IMG/VR virus record: IMGVR_UViG_3300035703_000059
Coordinates: 1-64,000 of that record
From: a virus
Length of the DNA stretch: 64,000 nucleotides
Strand: one strand, 5' to 3'
Shown here: positions 8,521-17,592 of the stretch, in pieces
How positions within the stretch are numbered: the stretch's first letter is position 1
Layout of the letters: each line of letters starts with the position of its first letter
The notes under the pieces: model-generated
Seen by the model: only the letters and a program-made list of their open reading frames with translations
The model's database searches: none
What the model was told of the DNA's origin: nothing
Program-made: the position numbers and the translations under genes

Positions 8521-10746
8521 ATGGCAAATCAAAAACTCGTCACGGTTGTTTCGGTCGTCGATCTTGCGTCGAGCGCATCGATTACGCTCCCGCACGACTT
8601 GTCGTCTGGCGGTGTCGCCGTCTCTCCAACGATGGTCGCGCCGGACCGCGCGACGCCCATCGTCGTCGAGGCCGTGACCGCGACGAGCGTGACGTTCCGA
8701 AACGACTCGGCGGTGCAGACGAGCGCGAATTTCCGCTTGTCCTACGAGCTTTCTCTCATCGCTGACCCGACGACGGTGACGCCGATTTACTGGGAGGGCG
8801 TGCCGGTCGGTGGTGGCGGGGGCGTGCCGGGGCCGGTGGGTCCGCAGGGGCCGCAAGGTATTCAAGGTCCGGCCGGTCCGCAGGGTATTCAAGGCGCGCA
8901 GGGTGCTCCCGGCGCGAGCGTGACCATCGAAGGCAGCGTTGCGACGGTGGGCGACCTTGCGTCGAAGCCACAGGTTTCGGGGCAAGGTTGGATCGTGCAG
9001 GCCGACGGCGACCTGTACGTTTGGGACGCGTCCTCGTCTGCGTGGGAGAGCGTCGGTCAGATTGTCGGTCCGCAGGGTCCGCAGGGCATCCAAGGTGTGC
9101 AGGGCATCCAAGGTCCGCAGGGTGTCGCGGGTACGCCGGGTGCGGCTGCAACGGTGGCCGTCGGCACGGTGACGGGCCTGCCCTCCGGTTCGTCGCCGAC
9201 CGTGGCAAACGCGGGAACGGCGACTGCGGCTGTGCTGAACTTCGGCATCCCGGCTGGCGCAACGGGCGCAACGGGTCCGGCAGGCCCGGCGGGTCCGGCG
9301 GGTGCGCCGGGAACGAACGCGGTCGTTGGTGTTCCGGCCGGGTCTTACGGTGACGGGGCCAACGTCCCTGCGATTACCGTCAACTCGTCGAATCAGATCA
9401 CGAACATCACCCCGACGCCCATCACGCCTGCCGGTATCGGTGCGGTTCCGACCTCGCGGACCGTCACGGCCGGATCGGGGCTGACCGGCGGCGGCGATCT
9501 TTCGGCCAACCGAACGCTGGCTATCGCGGCTTCCGGCGTCACGCCGGGGTCGTACACGGCGGCGAACATTACGGTTGGTGCCGACGGGCGCGTCACGGCG
9601 GCTTCGTCGGCGGTCGCCTTGCCGGCGAACGTCGTCGACATCCTCCAGTATTTCGGCGACGGGTCGGACGGTGACGTGACCCTGCCGACGAGCGGCACGG
9701 GCATCACGACGCTGACGAAGCCCATGTTCTACAACAGCCTCACCATCCCCGCGAACACGTCGCTTCGGACGAACGGTTGGCCGGTGCTGGTGAAGGGGAC
9801 GCTGGATGTTTCGGCGACGAACCGTTCGCCGGCCATTTTCCCCTACGAGATCAATCCCGGCGACGCTGGCGCCACGCCGACAGCAGGTGGTCTTGGCGCG
9901 ACGACGGCTCCCGGCCTCGGACCGGCGTCAGTAGGCGGTGGTAACGGCGGTGCTGGCGCGACGACAGCGGCATCTGGCTCTCCGGGGTCTGGCGGCGCGG
10001 CCTACTCAAACTCCCTCGGCGCTTCGGGCGGCGGGGGCGGAACGGGCGGGCGGTCGTCGGGCGGGGGCGCGGGCATCGGAAACGCGGGCGGCGCGGGCGG
10101 AACACCGGCGGGGGGGACGCCAATTTGGAGTCTTTCGGGGTCAATCCCACTACCGCTTCAGCCCATCAGCCGGGTCGCGTCAACCACACAGACCTTCCCG
10201 ACGTGCGCGGGTGGCGGAGCCGGCGGCGGAGGCGGCGGGTCGAACGACACGAACGCCGCTGGCGGCGGCGGCGGCGGCGGCGCTGGTGGCAAGGCGCTCA
10301 TTCTGTGGGCGAACACCGTCTCGCGCGGCGCCGGAACAGCCATTCCGTGCATCGCTGCGAAGGGCGGTAACGGGGGTAACGGCGGCAACGCGAACCCGGC
10401 AGCGGGTGTCGGTGGTGGCGGCGCGGGTGGCGGTGGCGGAGGTGGCGGATTCGTCATCTTCGGCTACCTGTCCGTGCCGGGAACGCCGGTGGCCGGATTC
10501 ATCGATGCATCGGGTGGCGACGGTGGAAACGGCGGGAACGGCCGCGCGCTCTCCGGGTCGAACTACGGCCTCGGCGGGCAGGGTGGGCAGGGCGGACGTG
10601 GCGGCGTCATTCTGTCCTACGACATGACCGCCGGAGTTGTGACGGCGGTGGATGATCGAGGTACGGCCGCAGCCACGGCAACGACGGCGACGAACTCATC
10701 CGGCACGCTCGGAACGCAGGGCGTGCAGTCGAAGGTCACGATCTAA
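8521..10746 (+). CDS. Collagen-repeat and glycine-rich fibre/spike protein
   Basis: GPQGPQGIQG triplet repeats, long poly-Gly C-terminal region, N-terminal domain shared with the 3256 ORF. Confidence 0.85.
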   Translation: MANQKLVTVVSVVDLASSASITLPHDLSSGGVAVSPTMVAPDRATPIVVEAVTATSVTFRNDSAVQTSANFRLSYELSLIADPTTVTPIYWEGVPVGGGGGVPGPVGPQGPQGIQGPAGPQGIQGAQGAPGASVTIEGSVATVGDLASKPQVSGQGWIVQADGDLYVWDASSSAWESVGQIVGPQGPQGIQGVQGIQGPQGVAGTPGAAATVAVGTVTGLPSGSSPTVANAGTATAAVLNFGIPAGATGATGPAGPAGPAGAPGTNAVVGVPAGSYGDGANVPAITVNSSNQITNITPTPITPAGIGAVPTSRTVTAGSGLTGGGDLSANRTLAIAASGVTPGSYTAANITVGADGRVTAASSAVALPANVVDILQYFGDGSDGDVTLPTSGTGITTLTKPMFYNSLTIPANTSLRTNGWPVLVKGTLDVSATNRSPAIFPYEINPGDAGATPTAGGLGATTAPGLGPASVGGGNGGAGATTAASGSPGSGGAAYSNSLGASGGGGGTGGRSSGGGAGIGNAGGAGGTPAGGTPIWSLSGSIPLPLQPISRVASTTQTFPTCAGGGAGGGGGGSNDTNAAGGGGGGGAGGKALILWANTVSRGAGTAIPCIAAKGGNGGNGGNANPAAGVGGGGAGGGGGGGGFVIFGYLSVPGTPVAGFIDASGGDGGNGGNGRALSGSNYGLGGQGGQGGRGGVILSYDMTAGVVTAVDDRGTAAATATTATNSSGTLGTQGVQSKVTI

Positions 10747-10756
10747 GGGGAGCAGC

Positions 10757-10960
10757 ATGGAAACGCGTGTGGACTGCTACGGCTTGAAGGTGACGCGCTC
10801 GGTGAAGGGCGACCGCGAGATTTACACGCGGGAAGACGGACTGATTGTCGCGTACCCGATTGGGCGAGGGTGGGGGCGAGCGATGCAGGTCATCGAGGCG
10901 CACATCCCGGCGGGGCATCCTGCCGCGTTGACGACCGAGGGACCGGCGACGGCTGGGTAG
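10757..10960 (+). CDS. Small hypothetical protein
   Basis: METRVDCYG..., RBS GGGGAG, immediately after the fibre gene. Confidence 0.55.
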   Translation: METRVDCYGLKVTRSVKGDREIYTREDGLIVAYPIGRGWGRAMQVIEAHIPAGHPAALTTEGPATAG

Positions 10961-10993
10961 TCCAACCATCGATTCCGGTGTACGCTGCCGGGC

Positions 10994-11767
10994 ATGGCGA
11001 ATGGATGGAATCCCCTCATCGGCATCGGCTTCACCAGCCTCGGCATTGGCTACCTGTGGGAAGCCTACTCTCGTAACAAGACCGGGACGCCGGCAACACC
11101 GGCGGAGCCGATCACGACGAACGGCCTGCGGAGGCGGCTTCCCCCCGGCTCAACGGGCCTCGGCTACGCGGAGCCGAAAAAGGGAGGCATCCGCTCGATG
11201 AAGATGCACGCGGTCGGCACCATCGAGGACCGTGAGCGGTACATTCGCGAGCAGATCAAGAAGGACAGCCTCAACCCGAAGGTCATCAGCGCGGCGCGCG
11301 CGGTGGTGTCGGGCCGCTGCCCGAAGGCCGACGGCGGCGTGATGTGGTGCGTCAAGCCGAAGGACTCGATGGGCGAGATTCGGCTGATGTTCAAGGCCGT
11401 CGTCGACCCGAACTCGGCGCTCGCGGTGCGCTACACGCGCGACCACCCGACCGTCGACCTCTTTCCGTCGAACGAACTGCTGGACCGTCTCCCCGCAGAG
11501 GACTGCGACGGGATGGTGGTGCGGCTCGGCGCGCTTCTGCGGGCCATTGGATTCCACGTTCGCACGCGCATTGTGGCGCCGGCCGGAAAGCCGAAACAAT
11601 GGGCGCACATCTATCTGATGGTCGCGCCTGTGCCGGGTGTCGCCGACGGATGGTTGCCGCTGGACCCGACGGAGCCGGAGCGCGCGTATCGTGCGCGAAA
11701 CGCGCCGTTTTGGGAGCCGGGAACGGACCAGATCGATCCGCTGAAACTGGACGGGCCAATCATCTAA
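10994..11767 (+). CDS. Membrane-anchored transglutaminase-like cysteine enzyme (putative protease)
   Basis: N-terminal TM. Catalytic-type triad in EDCDG...ALLRAIG...WAHIY...WLPLDPT. Confidence 0.85.
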   Translation: MANGWNPLIGIGFTSLGIGYLWEAYSRNKTGTPATPAEPITTNGLRRRLPPGSTGLGYAEPKKGGIRSMKMHAVGTIEDRERYIREQIKKDSLNPKVISAARAVVSGRCPKADGGVMWCVKPKDSMGEIRLMFKAVVDPNSALAVRYTRDHPTVDLFPSNELLDRLPAEDCDGMVVRLGALLRAIGFHVRTRIVAPAGKPKQWAHIYLMVAPVPGVADGWLPLDPTEPERAYRARNAPFWEPGTDQIDPLKLDGPII

Positions 11768-11786
11768 GACAACAGGGAGTCCGCGC

Positions 11787-12107
11787 ATGGCCGACAACGG
11801 TGAGAAGTTGGAGGGACTGCTCGACGAACGGTATCGCCCGTCGTTTCGACTGATGGTTGGAATGGGCGTAGGGGTGGGCGTGCTGACGTTCCTCATCAGC
11901 CAAGCAGAGGCGTTCGTCGAGGCGCGCATCGATAAGCGGGTGCTGGCGGGGAACGCGCTGGTGGAGATTCAGACCAAGCGACTTGAGAAGGTGGAGTACC
12001 GGGTCGACGAGGTTCGCGAGGCGGTGATGGAGATTCGCGCCGACGTGCGGACCTTGCGCGAGTCGCGAAACGTCCCGCCGCCGCCGGCCATCCGAAAGGC
12101 GGAGTAG
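11787..12107 (+). CDS. Small TM plus coiled-coil protein
   Basis: LMVGMGVGVGVLTFLI helix followed by a charged coiled coil. Confidence 0.65.
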   Translation: MADNGEKLEGLLDERYRPSFRLMVGMGVGVGVLTFLISQAEAFVEARIDKRVLAGNALVEIQTKRLEKVEYRVDEVREAVMEIRADVRTLRESRNVPPPPAIRKAE

Positions 12108-12110
12108 CCG

Positions 12111-13316
12111 ATGTCGTGTGAGGTCGTCGCCGGAGAAGCCGCAGACGGTTCCGTCGTGTTGACGGACAATCAATGCCGCACGCTCGACATTCAGAACGTG
12201 CTGGCGTTGTCCGACGGGGCCGGAAACCACGCGGCCTGCGGCTCCAAGGCGTGCGTCTACGAGACGAGCGACCCGTCCACGCTGGTCAAGGTGACGAGCG
12301 ATTGGATGGACGTGTGGGCGCTGAAAAAGACGGCCGGGATGGCGGACGTCGTTCCCGTGAAGCGGATGTTCAAGCTGAAGGGGAAGCGGCGTTCGGTGAA
12401 CGGAGTGGCCGAGAACGCGCTGTACGCCATCGAGGTCGCCCGCGCGCAGCCGCTATCGAAGCGCGACGAGTTGTTCCTCAACACGACGGCGTTCGACGCG
12501 ATCACGCTCTACTTCGACCAGATGCTCCTCCCCGGCGTCTCGCCGAAGAGCGTCATTGATTTTCGCGAGTCGTGTCGAAAGACGGTGGATGCGGCGCGGC
12601 GCGGCGGGAAGCCGTACATGACGACGCCGCAGGCCGACCAAGCGGCGTGCGAGGCCGTGACGAGCGACGCGCTCGATGCGGTGGAGCGGATGGCGAAGCG
12701 CGGCGTCTACTTCACCGACGCCCACGCGGGAAATTGGGGCCGGTACAACGGGCGGCTGGTGGCGCTCGATCTTGGGCTTTCAGCACCGCGAGGGACACGG
12801 ACCCCGAAGGTGCCAGAACTTGAAGGGATGGGCGCGATGAACGACCGGAAGATGCAAAACATGGTGCTGTTCGGCGCGGGCGCGCTGATTCTGTTCCTGC
12901 TTCTGCGGCCGAAGAAGGCCAAGGCGGAGACGTCGCTGCCCGGCAGCGGCACCGGCAGCGGGGAGTCGATCTCGTCGCTCGGCGAGCGGCCCATCGCGCT
13001 CGACCCCGCGTTCGCGAGGGCTTACGGCCCCGTCAAGGCGTACACGGTTCGCCGGGGTGACAGCCTGTCGAGGATCGCCCAGCGCGAGTTTATGACTGAG
13101 GAACTGTGGCCGTTCCTGTGGGACATCAACCGGACGGCGACGCAGTTCGCGGTTCCCGATGCGCTGGAAATCGGCCAGACCATCTACGTCCCGACGCGAG
13201 GCTCAACGAATCGGGCATACTACACGCGGTTCGACGCGCACAAGACGTGGTACATGAGCGGCGGTCGCGGTGTTCCGCCGGAGTCTGTTTCTTCGTTCAC
13301 CGTCATCGCGCTCTGA
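12111..13316 (+). CDS. Protein-kinase-like domain / TM helix / LysM fusion
   Basis: Kinase-like motifs GSKACVY, LVKV, FTDAHAGN and DLG. TM VLFGAGALILFLLL. LysM motif YTVRRGDSLSRIA...INR...PDALEIGQTIYVP. Confidence 0.8.
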   Translation: MSCEVVAGEAADGSVVLTDNQCRTLDIQNVLALSDGAGNHAACGSKACVYETSDPSTLVKVTSDWMDVWALKKTAGMADVVPVKRMFKLKGKRRSVNGVAENALYAIEVARAQPLSKRDELFLNTTAFDAITLYFDQMLLPGVSPKSVIDFRESCRKTVDAARRGGKPYMTTPQADQAACEAVTSDALDAVERMAKRGVYFTDAHAGNWGRYNGRLVALDLGLSAPRGTRTPKVPELEGMGAMNDRKMQNMVLFGAGALILFLLLRPKKAKAETSLPGSGTGSGESISSLGERPIALDPAFARAYGPVKAYTVRRGDSLSRIAQREFMTEELWPFLWDINRTATQFAVPDALEIGQTIYVPTRGSTNRAYYTRFDAHKTWYMSGGRGVPPESVSSFTVIAL

Positions 13317-13327
13317 GGAGTTGGCCC

Positions 13328-13984
13328 ATGTTCGCCCTTCGATATGACCGTCGCCCCGCGCGGCCGACCAACCTCGGCGAGCCGCTGACCGGCGGCACGG
13401 CGCTGTTCCTGTACCTCGGCGGGGGCGCGCTGCTCCTGTCGCTGTTTGGGCGCGGGAAGAAAAAGGCGGCCGACACGTCGACTTCTACTTCACCGTCGCC
13501 GACGTCTGATTCTGCGGCGGGGGCGATACGAGATGCGGCCAATCGGGTCGCTGACTTCACTCCTCCCCAGCTTGCGCCGTTCGTTCCGCCGGGGGGGTTT
13601 CTCATACTGGCGCCCGACATCATCCAGTTGGCGAAGGGGTCGTTCGCGAAGCGCGTGGGCGGACGCTGGTACATCGGGGGCGAGGGCGCGGAGGAGAAGA
13701 ACCCGGAGTTCACGCCGGAATGGTGGCGGAGCAACGAATCCGCAGACGTGAAGGACCGCGTCAACAGCGTGGGCTACGAGCGGTGCCGAAGCCTTCGGAA
13801 CTACTCGACGAAACAGCCGAATACCAAGGCGGACTGCGCGCACCTCATCAGCGGGGAGAGCATGGAATACTGCGTGTTCAAGAAGAACGTGCGGGCGTCG
13901 GCTGAAGAACTGAACAAGAACTGCGCGGGCAAGCTGCCGAACGACATTTACATCGCACAGGACACCGGCACCTACGGGTGGTGA
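13328..13984 (+). CDS. N-terminal TM protein with Cys-containing C-terminal domain
   Basis: Start ATG 13328 after GAGGAG. TM TALFLYLGGGALLLSLF followed by KKK. Confidence 0.65.
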   Translation: MFALRYDRRPARPTNLGEPLTGGTALFLYLGGGALLLSLFGRGKKKAADTSTSTSPSPTSDSAAGAIRDAANRVADFTPPQLAPFVPPGGFLILAPDIIQLAKGSFAKRVGGRWYIGGEGAEEKNPEFTPEWWRSNESADVKDRVNSVGYERCRSLRNYSTKQPNTKADCAHLISGESMEYCVFKKNVRASAEELNKNCAGKLPNDIYIAQDTGTYGW

Positions 13985-13995
13985 GGAGAGAATCG

Positions 13996-14421
13996 ATGGC
14001 GCTTGATCCAGAGGTCGCACGTCGCTTCGACGACGTGGAGAAGTTGCTCAAGCTGGTGCTGATGGCATCGGGGTCGTCGTTGCCGACGACGAGCGTGGCG
14101 ACGAGTTTTTCGGGCAATCAGATCGGGACGACGGACCGCTATCTGAACCTGTGGACGAACACCTACGACCGGCTCATCGCGCTGAAGATCGTGGGCGCGT
14201 TCGCGATTCCGGGTGCGACGGCGAAGCTGTCGCTGGAGCAGTCGGATGCGGGGCTGATCGAGGTGCTGTCGTCGACCGGCAAGGTCATCAGCGACACCAT
14301 CTGGCTCAAGCCGGGGCAGCGGCTCTTCATCAACACGAACGACGTCGTGTTCACGCTGAACGGTTCGACGTTCAGCGTCCTCATGTTCGACGGCATCAAC
14401 TACATGGAGTTCGTGCGATGA
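13996..14421 (+). CDS. Beta-rich putative virion protein
   Basis: Start context GGAGAGAATCG-ATG. Alternating hydrophobic beta pattern. Confidence 0.6.
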   Translation: MALDPEVARRFDDVEKLLKLVLMASGSSLPTTSVATSFSGNQIGTTDRYLNLWTNTYDRLIALKIVGAFAIPGATAKLSLEQSDAGLIEVLSSTGKVISDTIWLKPGQRLFINTNDVVFTLNGSTFSVLMFDGINYMEFVR

Positions 14422-15422
14422 CCCTCTCCCGCGTGCGTCAGTTCGTCCTGTCGATTCACCGTGAAATCGTGGTGGCGTTCCTCGCGGCGTTGACGGTGAC
14501 GTTCGCCGACTGTGCGGCGCAGGCGCAGATCGTCCAGCCGCAGTACGTCCGCCCATCGAAGGGCGCGAGCGTGTTCGTGTTCCCCGGCGCGGACGGCAAG
14601 GGGCTTCCGGCCAACACGAACATCCTCACGAACACCAGCGCCGTCTACGACTTCTCGGCGTTTGAGTCGGCGCAGGTTTTCGTCTCCGCGCAGACGACGT
14701 CGGGTGCAGCGTGCGCGGCCTCGTTCGCCACGGTCACGATCATCGCGCAGGGTTCGTTTAGCAAGACGACGGGATTCGTGAACGTCGCCGACCCCTACGG
14801 CGCTTACACGCAGACGGCCTTTGGTGCGTTCGCCGATGCGTACTCGTTGAGTGACCTGCCGACCTACGTCAAGTTCTCGGCGGGGACGGGCGCGAACGCG
14901 GATGCGTCGTGCCGGCTTCAGATCAACATCATCCCGGTGCCGTTCGCCTCGACGGCCAACGTGCAGGGGCGAGTGGCGGCAAACGGGACGTTCCTCGGCG
15001 CGTACCCGGTCCTCATGGGTGGCTCGGACTACGTCGCTCCGCCAAACCAGCGTGCGCGGATGCTGAAGGTGGACTCCAACGGCGCGATCAGCGCGACGAC
15101 GTTGAGCAGTCGGTACTTCTACACGAACCAGACCCTCACATCGATTCCGTCGGGCGCGGCGACGCGCGTCTTGACGGTGACGGTGGCAGAGGAGGGCGCG
15201 CGGCTTCAGAACGCCGGAAACCAGACCCTCTACTGCGGGTTCGCGTCGACGGCGTCCTCGGCGTCGTACAGCTTCGCGCTCAAGGCGTCGGCGTCGCCCG
15301 ACGACGGCACCGGCGGCGTCATCGACCTGCCATACAAGGGTCAGCCGACGAGCGGCATCTGGTGCGCGGTCAGCGGCGTGACGGCCGGTACGCTCGCGTC
15401 GTTCACCTACGTCCACCCGTAA
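14418..15422 (+). CDS. Beta-rich S/T/A-rich putative spike/vertex protein with signal-like N-terminus
   Basis: ATGA overlap with the previous gene. IVVAFLAALTVTFADCAAQA resembles a signal peptide. Confidence 0.6.
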   Translation: MTLSRVRQFVLSIHREIVVAFLAALTVTFADCAAQAQIVQPQYVRPSKGASVFVFPGADGKGLPANTNILTNTSAVYDFSAFESAQVFVSAQTTSGAACAASFATVTIIAQGSFSKTTGFVNVADPYGAYTQTAFGAFADAYSLSDLPTYVKFSAGTGANADASCRLQINIIPVPFASTANVQGRVAANGTFLGAYPVLMGGSDYVAPPNQRARMLKVDSNGAISATTLSSRYFYTNQTLTSIPSGAATRVLTVTVAEEGARLQNAGNQTLYCGFASTASSASYSFALKASASPDDGTGGVIDLPYKGQPTSGIWCAVSGVTAGTLASFTYVHP

Positions 15423-15432
15423 GGAGTCATCG

Positions 15433-15666
15433 ATGGCAGAGCTTCCGAAGAAGAACTCCAAGAGCGCGGTCGCGCTTGCGTTTGCGCTGGGGACCGGCGC
15501 GGGTGCCGGCGGGCATCAGCTTTCCGTGAACTCGCCGGTCCATCTGACGACGATGGGCGAGACGCCGATTGCCGACGAGTGGGTGTGCGAGCCGGAGGGG
15601 GGCATTTTCGACGCCCCGGTCATTTGCAGGTACAAGACGGTGTCCGCACCGGACGCTGGAAACTAA
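15433..15666 (+). CDS. Small hypothetical protein
   Basis: Start context AAGGAGTCATCG-ATG. Hydrophobic N-terminal region. Confidence 0.6.
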   Translation: MAELPKKNSKSAVALAFALGTGAGAGGHQLSVNSPVHLTTMGETPIADEWVCEPEGGIFDAPVICRYKTVSAPDAGN

Positions 15667-15678
15667 AGGAGACGAGTC

Positions 15679-17160
15679 ATGGCACAGGTTCAGCTTGAAG
15701 AACTGATTTACGCAGAGAGTCTCGACAACAGCGCGGGTCCGCAATACGATCTTCCGCTGCTGAGTGTGGACATCGGTCCCGCGACGTGGGTCGGCACGAT
15801 GGGTGACGGCAGCGTGACGCCGCTGTCCAAGTATTTTGCCGCGCAGCTTCAGCGGGCGGCGGCTCTCGTCAACCCGTCCGACGCGCTGCCCTTGTTCAAG
15901 GCGTTGGTGAGCATCCAGACGCTCAAGAACGGCCAGCCTACCCCGGCGGTGGGCGGAAGCTCGGTTGGCAGCGTCGTGACGTTCTACGCCACGATTCCGG
16001 CCGCGTACATCGGGTCGTTCGTGTGGGGCATGACGCCCGACTCGACCGGCGGCTGGGCGCTTCCCGGTGGAGGAGCGGCTGGTGGCGGCGGTGGCGGAGG
16101 GGGTGCGCCGAGTGGTCCCGCTGGCGGCGTGCTGGACTACGTTGAAATCGATGGCGTCACGAACCCCTCGACCTACCCCAACCCGAACGGCCTTGCGGTG
16201 GTGGTGGACGACGGCGGCGGCGTTTGGCGAATCCCCGTTCGCAACAACGATCCGGGGAAAACCACCTTGGCGATTGGTCCCGACGCAAACAATCCGTTTA
16301 GCGGTGGCACCGAGACTTGGAGTTTCCGAGGGCCGGACGGGGCCGCGACCAACGATCCGCTGATCAATGCCGACGACGGCGTGAAGGCTGAGATTCGCTC
16401 TGGTCGTGGCGGCGATAGTTTGCCGAACGATGTGACGGCGACCGCGAACGGCGGCGCCGGGGCGGAACTTTACGTTTGGGCCGGCGACGGTGGTCAAGGC
16501 GGTGGTGGTGGTGGCGCTGCGGGCGGTGGCGGTGGCGTAACTGTGCGCGCCGGATATGGCGGCCCCGGAGGCGCGGGTGTCGCTGGCGGGCCACCCGGTG
16601 ACGGCGGTGACGCGGGGATTACCGCCGGATACGGCGGCACCGGGTCCGCTACCCATCCAGCAGGAAAAGGCGGTCGGCTTCTTCTCTACGCTGGTGACGC
16701 CGGAAGCGACGTCGGTGGCGGCGTTGGAGCCGGTGGGAATGTCATCATCAAGGGCGGTAATCGGTCTGACAACGGCGCCGCCGGGAACAACGGCCGAATT
16801 TTGCACGACTCCGTTTCGTCTTTCGCGGCGCTTCAAAGCGTCAACATCACCGCCGTAACGACTCAGTTCGGGTTCGTGAACAGCCCGGTCATCGCCATCG
16901 ACAGCGACGCGGCCTACGTCATGGCCCCGGCCGGCAAGCTGATCGAGGACGGAAGCGAGGACGGCGACACCGTGACGATCCAGAACGTCGGCATCTTCGC
17001 GATCACGCTTCAAGGTGAGGCGACGTCTGCCGGCTCGAACCTTCTGATCGGCGGCGGATCATCGAGGCAGCTCAGCCCCAACGGCGGAAACATCACGCTG
17101 CGATGGTCCGACAATTTCACCAAGTGGATCGAGATCGCCTTCGCGGGGTCTGTGACCTAG
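15679..17160 (+). CDS. Glycine-rich fibre protein
   Basis: Repeated G-rich/beta units (ELYVWAGDGG, VTVRAGYGG, LLLYAGDAG) and a beta-rich C-terminal head. Confidence 0.75.
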   Translation: MAQVQLEELIYAESLDNSAGPQYDLPLLSVDIGPATWVGTMGDGSVTPLSKYFAAQLQRAAALVNPSDALPLFKALVSIQTLKNGQPTPAVGGSSVGSVVTFYATIPAAYIGSFVWGMTPDSTGGWALPGGGAAGGGGGGGGAPSGPAGGVLDYVEIDGVTNPSTYPNPNGLAVVVDDGGGVWRIPVRNNDPGKTTLAIGPDANNPFSGGTETWSFRGPDGAATNDPLINADDGVKAEIRSGRGGDSLPNDVTATANGGAGAELYVWAGDGGQGGGGGGAAGGGGGVTVRAGYGGPGGAGVAGGPPGDGGDAGITAGYGGTGSATHPAGKGGRLLLYAGDAGSDVGGGVGAGGNVIIKGGNRSDNGAAGNNGRILHDSVSSFAALQSVNITAVTTQFGFVNSPVIAIDSDAAYVMAPAGKLIEDGSEDGDTVTIQNVGIFAITLQGEATSAGSNLLIGGGSSRQLSPNGGNITLRWSDNFTKWIEIAFAGSVT

Positions 17161-17186
17161 TTCGGTCATCAACTAGGAGCGCATCG

Positions 17187-17588
17187 ATGGCGTCGTGTCC
17201 GGTCATCCGCAAAGAGTTTCAGCGCCTCACGAACATGAGCGCCGCTGAGATTCGGTCGTGGGCGAAGGATGACCGGGCGAAGTGCTTTTCGCAGAAGGCA
17301 ACGCGGCGACGGCTCACGCAGCCCTCAATCTATCGAGGGCATCGTGTGCCGTCGCTCGCGAACCTTCGCAAGCGCGCCTTCACGGGGGCGTGGTCGGAAG
17401 AGGACTGCTGGTACGGGAACATCGTCAACGGGTTCAACAAGCGGTTCTTGAAGATGAAGCAGAAGCACGGCTGTACGGACGGGATCGTCGTCGCGCTGCG
17501 GAATTGGGGCCACCAGCCGAAGTCGTGCGCGGTCCCGACGAAGAAATGCAAGCGCGAGCATGAGCCGCGCGTATCGAAGAAGGGATGA
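17187..17588 (+). CDS. DUF3140-like basic protein
   Basis: FQRLTNMSAAEIRSW...VALRNWGHQP matches the DUF3140 pattern (NM..EL..W ... SL.NWGHDP) as I recall it. Confidence 0.65.
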   Translation: MASCPVIRKEFQRLTNMSAAEIRSWAKDDRAKCFSQKATRRRLTQPSIYRGHRVPSLANLRKRAFTGAWSEEDCWYGNIVNGFNKRFLKMKQKHGCTDGIVVALRNWGHQPKSCAVPTKKCKREHEPRVSKKG

Positions 17589-17592
17589 GGCC

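Noticed and set aside
180-8527. Long antisense ORFs (e.g. 180-2576, 2296-3942, 6065-8527) and similar ones elsewhere (15427-17013, 49430-51358)
   Set aside because: They are shadow frames of high-GC coding genes: Arg/Leu/Gly-rich, with no motifs, and they fully overlap better-supported ORFs on the other strand.
8521-17160. Diversity-generating retroelement acting on the fibre genes
   Set aside because: No reverse transcriptase and no template/variable repeat pair were seen.
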